64,000 nt of DNA from Perna viridis (lineage: Eukaryota). This document shows positions 55,494-64,000 of the stretch, one piece after another. Location: assembly GCA_037379345.1 (NCBI GenBank), contig CM074517.1, positions 43,752,500-43,816,499 on the forward strand, read 5' to 3'. Position numbers and translations under genes: made by a program. A model generated the notes under the pieces. That model was not told the origin of the DNA. It saw only the letters and a list, made by a program, of their open reading frames with translations, and ran no database searches. Each line of letters begins with the position of its first letter. Positions within the stretch are counted from its first letter, which is position 1.

Positions 55494-55972
55494 CCTGTAG
55501 GAATAATCTAAAATCACCCAAGCCTGACACATATGTACAACTTCAGTACTTTCTGAAATTATCTAACATCATCTAAGACTGACATATGTGAACATCTCAA
55601 GAACCTGCAGGGATAATCTAACATCACTCAAGCCTGACACATGTGAACAACCCCAGAACTTACAGGAATTATCTAACATCATCCAAACCTGACATATGTG
55701 AACTTTACAAGTATCTGTAGGGATAATCTAACATCACCAGAGCCTGACACAAGAGTACAACCCAGAACTTCCAGGAATTATCTTTCATCATCCAAGCCTG
55801 ACATATGTGAACTTTCTGAGTACCTGAAGGGATAATCGAACATCACCCAAGCCTGACACATGTGAACCTCCCAAGTACCTGAAGGGATAATCTAACATCA
55901 CCCAAGCCTGACATATGTAAACTTCCCAAGTACCTGAAGGGATAATCTAACATCACCCAAGCCTGACACATA
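55491..55972. repeat. 55-bp minisatellite (~9 copies) with a 110-bp dimeric higher-order structure; decayed units extend back to ~54810
   Basis: ACATCACCCAAGCCTGAC at 55840, 55895, 55950; earlier units alternate between two variants. Confidence 0.92.
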
Positions 55973-56350
55973 CAGATAATGATGAGAGGTAACGTGCAAA
56001 CAACCTGAGTTTTTTCTGCAGTCAATGATTACCGACAGATATGTAATCTTAATGGATGTACCATCTTTGTCTTAGTCTCTAGAATGAAACAGACGGATCA
56101 GTGTAAGATCTTGACGTCTCGTATCCTGATACCTGTTAGATCTCAGTGGGTTTTAGTATCTGTAACTTTAAAGTGAATTTTTTATAAAGTTCAAGGTAGA
56201 AGGGCATAACTTTGTCAAATACCATAGATAATATTTGTAACCAAAAGCAAGAAAATGGAAAAGATCAAAAGACATATAGACTACTTTTAATTAAAGACCA
56301 ATTAAAGGTCTTACAAAGAAAGCCACTCAAAATTCTCTAACATATATTAA

Positions 56351-56548
56351 GGAGGCAGACCTAGGCTAAGGCGCATACCTCTTACAAATCATTGGAACGT
56401 ATGTGTTAAGCATTTCACTTCAATCTTGTGTAAGCATCACAATAACTTGGATTGATTTCATTCTGTATCAAATGAAAGCTTCACAGGCTATGGTAAAATT
56501 GAATATGGTACAAACATATCACTGATTTCAAGAGTTATGTCTACCTCT
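56351..56548. mobile_element. Second copy of the TTAA MITE family, with a deletion in the right TIR
   Basis: ttaa-GGAGGCAGACCTAGGCTAAGGCGCATA ... AAGAGTTATGTCTACCTCT-ttaa; similar length and internal similarity to 7908-8119. Confidence 0.65.
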
Positions 56549-56756
56549 TTAAGTACCCTTAAAACTTTGATTACTAAAGGTTCATTGAAGTCATATATAA
56601 CTAATGGTAGTTTGAATATAACATTCTATGTTAAGTATGTAATAAAAAGTTTTAGAACAATAATAATTTTTTTCAATATCTATATGCAAAATTATGAAAA
56701 TGTAATTGTCAAACACTAGTAGAAATGTGTCCTGTAGGACACTGTTTATCAGCCCT

Positions 56757-56862
56757 AAATTTCAGATTTTTAGTTAACAGGAAGTCAATGTGAAACCATG
56801 GTAACAGGAAATTTCAGATTTTTAGTTAACAGGAAGTCAATGTGAAACCATGGTAACAGGAA
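56757..56862. repeat. Perfect 52-bp tandem duplication within a degenerate dispersed repeat
   Basis: AAATTTCAGATTTTTAGTTAACAGGAAGTCAATGTGAAACCATGGTAACAGG at 56757 and 56809. Confidence 0.92.
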
Positions 56863-57195
56863 CAAAAATGACAGTTTGTGATGTTTATACTGCACATTAA
56901 ATCATTTCTATGTTTTCAACTTTTAGCAAATGAAAATCAACCGTCCCATGGATCAGAGATATCATCCAAGGTACGGTACTGTAAATTAGTAAAACAATGT
57001 CACAGTGTTCCAGGATTCCACTTTCCCGTCACCCAAGGCAAGTGAAGTTCTGGCATGGGAAAGTTTATAATTATGCCACACTTTCCCTTCGACAAGTAGA
57101 AAGCTTGAATTTTTAAAGATTTGTTAAGATTGGAGAGCAAACTACAGTGTGGGAAAGTTAATCTTCATTTAGAGTTTTCCTGTGGAAACCTAATC

Positions 57196-57458
57196 CTATA
57201 GGGGCAAATATTTTTCACGTGAAATTCATGTTAATTGAGCTTCACATGAAATTCATGTGAAATTCACATGAAATAAACATGATTTTCATGTGAAATTCAC
57301 TAACACAAATTTCATGTGAACATTTCATGTGAATTTCATGTGAAGGCTCCATTCACCCGAATTTCACATGAACTCTGTCACTTAGTTTATTTGCTCAATT
57401 CAAGTGAAATCATGTGTAATTCGTGTGAAAATCATGTGAAATAATTTTGCCTGTATAG
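57196..57458. mobile_element. Foldback-like MITE: ~26-bp TIRs enclosing an array of TTCACATGAA/TTCATGTGAA decamers
   Basis: CTATAGGGGCAAATATTTTTCACGTG vs reverse complement of the right end CTATACAGGCAAAATTATTTCACATG; more than a dozen internal decamers in both orientations. Confidence 0.7.
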
Positions 57459-60400
57459 AATATTGAAATGATGATGCTGTTGCATTTATACAGCATGATA
57501 TACATATTTCATAGATTTTTAAGAGGTAATAACCAACTGGCTACTATTAATTCTAATTAATACTATTAATTAATCAACAGAAATAATGATTTCAAGATTT
57601 GTGCCAGTTTATTTTTTTAATCAGACATCAAAAACCAACATTGGCTGGGAATACTGATAACCATGAGAAATGTTGATATGATACACATTTTATTACAGTA
57701 AGTGTTTCATTATGACTTTAATCAAGGATGAGTTCATGTCTGTATGTGACAAGATAAACTACCCTGGTATCAAAATCTTGATGTTATAGGTGTAATACCA
57801 CTATTTCAGAAACCAGTCACCTGCACATACAATAAAGTAGTTCGTAATGACATGAAGCAGTCCCAAAGTTGCACCCTATCACTCTCCTTTTTCAGTAGAG
57901 GTATACAAATTTGGTGTCATCTGAAAGCTAAATGAATCAACAATACTCTAAAAACTTCATTTTCTTTATTCAGCCTAGGGTAAAACAATGGGAACTCAAT
58001 GTCTTATCCAGAAATTGATGAAAAAGGGGGAGGAGGTTTCCAGGCAAAAATGTACCGATTTTTGCCCTCCCTTGATCCATCAATGAATGGCATACTCTGA
58101 TGAGGGTTTTAATTTGGAATATTATGGTTAATTAGATTAAAGTATAAATATTACTCTGTGTGTTCTTCACAAAAATATTATCTACTGACATGTAACAGCT
58201 TTATTATTTAATATAATAGATAAATAAGAATGCCCTGTTTATACACAACATACAATCGAAACTAAATACTAGTATCACCTGGATTTAAAGCCATAAATGT
58301 TGGAGCTACTTATAAAATGTCTTTTTTGTTTCTTACAATTTCTACAGATATTATGTTAAAATTAGGGTGAAATATCTTACGATTTGATCTAAATTTGGTT
58401 TAAAACACACAAAAAACAGACAAAAGCACTGTAAAACTATGTAAATGACATGTTTACACCAGATTTCAAGAACAAGATAACATCAAAATATTTAAAAATT
58501 AACAATCTTTTATGGAGATCTCCCTGGATAAAAATACACCAAATCAATGTCTCATTCAAATAAGGACTGACCTTTTTTTTTGTAACTTTTTAGGCCACTG
58601 GTACATTAACATAACACATAATTTCAAAACTATGAGCTGTTCTTTTAGTTTCTACCAAATTATATTGACTAACAGAAAAAAAATGTTTTAGACTGTGGCT
58701 TAAACTGCTTCTCTAACAATAACAGGTTCTATATTACAATACAAAATAACTTCATAGAGAAAGTAGACAAAATTTAGAGAAAACTTTGTTTATCTGGCAC
58801 AAAAGTTTGTGACAAGAAGAGACTTATGCCTGAAACACATTTTTGATACTTCCCATGGTAAGGCAAAATTTATAACCCTTAAAGATAACTTTTCTATATA
58901 TATACGTTTTCAAGGGGACAAAATAAGTTCAGCTTTAGAACAAGGCCTTAATGTAGAATTAGCCCTTTGTACCCACAAGAAGCATACTTGTCCAGAATAA
59001 CATTAAGTAATGACATATTTAAGCTCTTTAAAAAAGGATCAAGAACTATAAGTTCTGATGGAATGTGAAATAAATCCAACAGTTTTAACATTTCAAATTA
59101 ACATATACTAGATCACTGAAAAGTACTAAAGTTTTCAACCACAAAAAATATGTACACATCATGACAAGGCAATAAAGTTTCTAATGTGAAAGATGCAAAT
59201 TTTCAAACTTTAAATAGCTTTAAAAGTGTAAGCATACCTTCAGGAATGCTAGCTAAATGGTCCATGCTCCTACTTTTCCTTTTATCATGCTTTTTCACAG
59301 AACTAGTCTTGCTTCTCAAGCAGTGCATCTTTGAGAAAATATTTCCACAAAAATTTTCACATAAGAAGATCTATGTTAAAGACGCCATTAAGATAAATCT
59401 GGCAAGGTAACCTATATTTAAAGATTTTTAAGTTCGCTGGAGTATTTTATGGTATAGTGATCAACAATGGTCGCTACTTGTACTTGCATAAACGTTTGTG
59501 ATGTTTAATATTTAAATTTCATACAGGTACCTGCATACCATGTACTTGTCAATTAAACTGACATTATAATGTCAAAAGTTTTGGTTACAGAGAACTTTGA
59601 AATTCAAAACATAATTTACTTCAATTGAAAACAAACATGGTATGTTTAATGTTATATGCAGAGGATGCAAGTTGTGCAGTTTACATTTTTGCAAAAATGT
59701 TACAGGATCATCTTTAGAAATGCTAATACATTTTGCACTACACTTGAAGTCCATTTGTATTTTTTTTGCATTTATGAAAAAATGCCAAAGAAATTCTATA
59801 AATAAAATTTGATCTTATATAGCTGAAGTCATAAGTACCAATATTTTCTACATATTCTTGGTAATGAAAACTACAACAATACAGAAAAAGTAAAAAATCC
59901 CTTAACCATTTGCTGAAATTTATTAATAGATATAATAGAAAAACAAAATAATGAAAGTGCCACAGTGACAATTTCTAAGGTGATTAAGCTTTTACATCAG
60001 TTGCGGTAATGCAATGAATCTGGAAAAAAATGATCAGTTTTTTTGCCATTTAAACACTTGGCATGAACATTATAAATCCTCTACTCCAGAGGGAAGTTAC
60101 AATTCAATAATAAACCTGAACACAACAAAATCTGACAGAAATTGACTTTAAATGACTGTAAATGACAAGGTTTGATATTTAAATTTTAAAGATTGAAATA
60201 CACTTTGCCACCCACTTCCATTAAAAGTTCATAATTGCTACCAACAACGTGGGAACCTGTAACATTGAGTTTCAGCTGGCCAAACAAACCAACTTCTTTA
60301 TTCTTTCATTTTGTCCCTGTAAGACCACCTGATCCATGAAAGGAACACTTATTTATTTTTCCATAATTTCTATGTAATAGCTATAATAGCAACACATAGT

Positions 60401-61862
60401 AAATCTAACTAATGACAAAAGTGTAAAGCCTGGACATGACATGTTTATCCTAATATAAGACTACAAGATTCTGAGAAGAATCAATGATTTAATCATAAAT
60501 ATAACTTAACATACAAAACCACCGGGGTCTGATGTTAGAGGTTGCCCTACTGCTTTGGATAAGTAGAAGTTAAATCACACTTATCCAAAGGACAACCTAA
60601 TTTAATGATGCATTTTTCAACATGCAATTACTTAACAACAGTTGTTTTCAATTAGGACCAGTTAAACCTTCATCTACTTGCCCATCAGCATAAGATTCAC
60701 AAAATATTTATTTCCAAAAACTGCAAGCCCCCCGCCCCCCTCCTACACACAACCCCTCAGAACCGAATGGTCGTCCCTTTAGATATATGTTGGTTTTATT
60801 ATTAATCTTTGGAAGTAAAGTAACAGCCACCCTAAAGCACATGGTAGGCATGTCTCATTTTTCAGCCTTTAATTTTAATGTCTAATAACATTGATATGGA
60901 AAAATAAAAAAAACAACCAAAATTAAAGGGAGTTACCTCCCATTCAGACAAAACATTGTACTAAAATTAATCAAAATTCTTTAAACATTTTTTTCTTTTT
61001 AGTAATATATGATAAGTGAACTGACAGATGCACGGACAAACATTGGTACACTATATCGTTCAGTAGGTAATTTTCACAAGGTGCTACCGTAATTTTTGTG
61101 TATTTATGCCATCTGTCTAAAAATGTGCAAAAATTTTACGCTGGGTTTAAGTACTCAATGCAACACTTAGCATCCACCAATATAAAAAATGCCAAAAATT
61201 TTTGTACACCTTTTTACTTCAAAATCCCAATTTTACACCCAACATACAGTAATACATCTGTCATTAACAGGCAAATAAAAATACAGGTTCAGTTATAATA
61301 GCAATACTTTTATTACTGCAAGAAAGATGCAAAAAGCCTGTCATTGTAATGAAAATATCCATATCACAATACTTTCTTAATTTACAGAAGTGGCAACAAT
61401 TTATTATTGGCTGAAGGGAAGGAAGGAAGGAAAGAATAGCCCTATTCGATAGCCTGAGTGTCCTGAAAGGAAGATGATATGATACAGCTAAACATTCATT
61501 TTACTACCATGTTATTAATACTCTTAGGGAAGAATGCATATTAGACAAATTTTATTTGGGATGACCCCCTAAAACATATTTAGAAAAAAAAAAAAACAAA
61601 TACAGTAACATTCATCTAGAGAAGACAATTCATATAAATTTCATTGGGGAAGACAACCCCTAAAAATGACACAGCTTAGAAGAAAAAACTAAATTAATTT
61701 CTATCACAAATGCAATTAGAACTCTTTCATATAAATTCAGATACTGCAAATGGTAGAAGGGATTAACATGAAGAGAAGATACTACCAAACTGTTTTTTTT
61801 CCTACATATGCTATATTTTGATGTAACAATAGTACTTTTAGTAGTTAGATCTTTATTTTTTT

Positions 61863-62092
61863 TTTTTTTAGAAAATCATACATTCATCTCCCACTTAGTC
61901 AATCTAATCAAGAACAATAACTCTTGCAAAGTACTAATTTCATACACAATTTATGTAATTTCTAACTCAAAAGTACAAAAACCAAATAATGAATTGAAGA
62001 CTGTTACTGTTTCTAAATAAGAATAAAAGTAAATGTGATTGGATTTTAACTAACATGAATCACCTTTTGTCTGATTTTTATAAAGACTGATG
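61863..62092 (+). repeat. Dispersed repeat, copy 2
   Basis: Collinear with 50990-51247. Confidence 0.8.
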
Positions 62093-62310
62093 ACTGATAC
62101 TTAAATGTTTCAATTATCATTGCTGTCATGATCTCTCTCTATTCTTGTAGGTGATAATTCTAAAATTTGGAATTCCCTAAACCTCAGAGACATCTTTAAA
62201 TATCTGAAACAGTCAGCAACTAAAAATGGTATTACACAGATTTAAATTTATCTTACCCAGTACACCAGGAACTTTTAATAATTCAAAATGATAAAAATTA
62301 AGGATCTTAC

Positions 62311-62344
62311 CTAAACTATATTTCTTTGATTTGTGAAAAAACAT
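62311..62344 (-). CDS. RASAL2: Candidate distal alternative first coding exon: MFFHKSKKYSL (phase 1); a second in-frame donor at 62257 extends it by 18 aa
   Basis: AAAATG start, donor TAG|gtaaga at 62310 and TGG|gtaaga at 62256, both phase 1; CpG-containing non-repetitive sequence upstream (62345-62710). Confidence 0.5.
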
Positions 62345-64000
62345 TTTAGAAAATTCCACAGAAATCAAAACTCCATGTATTAAGTTTCCATTTCAATTGT
62401 ACAACTGAACAAACATTTCTGACCGTAATGTTGTAATCCTTTCCATAGTATTTGCTTTCTTCAATTAACACTTTGTTCAAATACCCGCGGAAAATATCGT
62501 CCTCAATGAACAAATTAAACAGGTTATATGCCTGAATACTTCCTCCTTTTTCAAACTATTATACTGTCGATAAGAATAACCTGATTGAGTTACATCCCAA
62601 AACTGAATGAAGTTACACACAATAATCTGTTGAATAAGTCGTGCAATACTCAACAGTCAACAGAACAGAAAGATATTCATAGTCAATTTTATTTAATAAG
62701 CCGACGATAAATGTATTTATGCACTACATGTACATTTAAGTAAATACTTGGGAGTGATTTCACATAAGCAATTTGTCAGCGGTTAGGGATATGAAAAGAT
62801 ACTGCTCCAGAATAAAATCAGTTTCAGTTAATTTCCCATCTATCACCAATATTGAAAATTGGTAATCCTTAAAGCTATTTAAATAGATAAAATGAAAGCT
62901 GACTGCTACAAAGCCCTATTGTGAAATTATTTCCTTGCTCCTTAGTCTATCTCAACCTTCCTACTATCTGCACTGAAAATTGGCAGCTTGTGAAAAAAAA
63001 CTGTTTACAACTTGAAAATGAAACTACCAGCACACCATTATCCTAACATATTACCAATAAACAAATTTCAATTATACTGTGAAAAAGTTCGGGTTTTTTT
63101 TTCATACAATAGGATCGTTTTAAGATAAACTCTGTTAATCTAATCATAAGCCGGCAAAGTAATTATTTTCTGCTGTGATGCAAGGGAACCTATCTTGTCT
63201 TCCATGAGAAAGAAAATCTGATTAATTGCCTCAGTATCGAAGCATCATGATGAAACATATAGTTAATGGTAACTTCTTCCAATATATACGATGAAAGATG
63301 AAAACCTTGACTGAAAGTAATGATGAAGATGCTAAAGTTGAAATAGAAAAACAAAACAAAAAACACCTTTTGTATGCTGTCTTTTTTTCATTTTTCATTT
63401 TATAAATAAATCAATATATATTTATTTTGCAAAATAAACTCTTTACAGGTTATGCCAATAAACAGTACATGCAATATAATGGAGACAAATTACAATGACA
63501 CTTAAGAAAATAGATTACAAACATGTATGCTTTTGACCTACATGGAAATTATTTTTACAAGTCAAAAGATTGCTTTATACAATCAACAATAATGGACTAT
63601 ACATCCATAACTGAATTTAAAATATGATTTAGTTTATTGGGAGAGTCAAGCTGTTTAAAATCTGAGCATTTATCAGATATCAGTTCTTAAATCATCAATA
63701 GTTTGGCAACTGAAAAAGAAATGTCAATGTTGAAAAGTACATTTAAGGGAAGAAAATATGATTGAAAATGTTTTCCTGAAGTCTGATGTTTTGCGAAATA
63801 CTACTAAAAGTGAAATATAAAATATTGGCTTATGCACTTTTAAAATGGGAACAATTACTATATCCGTATTTCCCAAGTCAAAATTTGTTGATTTCCTCAC
63901 TAACTTTATTTCAGAGGCAATTCCCTTGGGTATTGTTCTCAATTCTACACCAGCAGACAAGCAGTATTAGAATATTTACTATACCACATTAATTTGTTTT

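Larger units (their letters stand above)
8603..62344 (-). other. RASAL2: Partial (5' half) multi-exon gene for a Ras GTPase-activating protein of the SynGAP/DAB2IP/RASAL2(nGAP)/raskol family; continues past base 1
   Basis: Chain of GT-AG exons with consistent phases giving ...TPERMYRSRLLDNCNESLP-D-LSRLHQNSDHRGQVLIKRIL-N-VWPGSK-H-ASYEKIPNERRGSVPLVPTINQQESMDTSSSTPSRIA-NFFIRKGFKGNLKRTKSVTKLEKVDRKRAASNISDHE-S-STFVGSLKRTMSLGRL.... The SYEK..RRGS..P and FF..(K/R)..LKRTKSVTKLE motifs match what I recall of Drosophila raskol and of vertebrate 'FFSKRLKGSIKRTKSQ.KLDR'. The + strand is A-rich throughout, consistent with minus-strand T-rich introns. An invertebrate gene would be co-orthologous to RASAL2/DAB2IP/SYNGAP1. 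Confidence 0.88.

Noticed and set aside
1938-63992. Remaining short ORFs in the supplied six-frame track
   Set aside because: Mostly 60-110 aa, often with non-ATG starts, with F/L/I/K-biased composition expected from random AT-rich DNA and no recognisable domains

Overview
AT-rich eukaryotic genomic DNA. The repeat families suggest a bivalve mollusc (inferred from recalled repeat motifs, not searched). The window appears to lie within the 5' half of one large minus-strand gene encoding a SynGAP/DAB2IP/RASAL2(nGAP)/raskol-family Ras GTPase-activating protein. I read six phase-compatible internal exons (49866-49925, 41677-41739, a 21-nt microexon at 37060-37080, 22695-22807, 17272-17384, 8603-8713). 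They encode ...ASYEKIPNERRGSVP...SRIANFFIRKGFKGNLKRTKSVTKLE..., the family's N-terminal PH-region signature. The C2 and RasGAP exons must lie beyond base 1. At least four candidate alternative first coding exons (62344, 29047, 26894, 15239) feed into this chain in the correct phase, and each supplies a different N-terminus resembling a membrane-targeting or phospho-regulated peptide. The introns contain Helentron/HINE-like elements, MITEs, L2/CR1-like LINE fragments, SINE remnants, nested insertions, a ~440-bp local duplication and several minisatellites, one with higher-order structure. Most entries in the supplied ORF track are spurious. No prokaryotic features, CRISPR arrays, rRNA or intact tRNA genes were seen.
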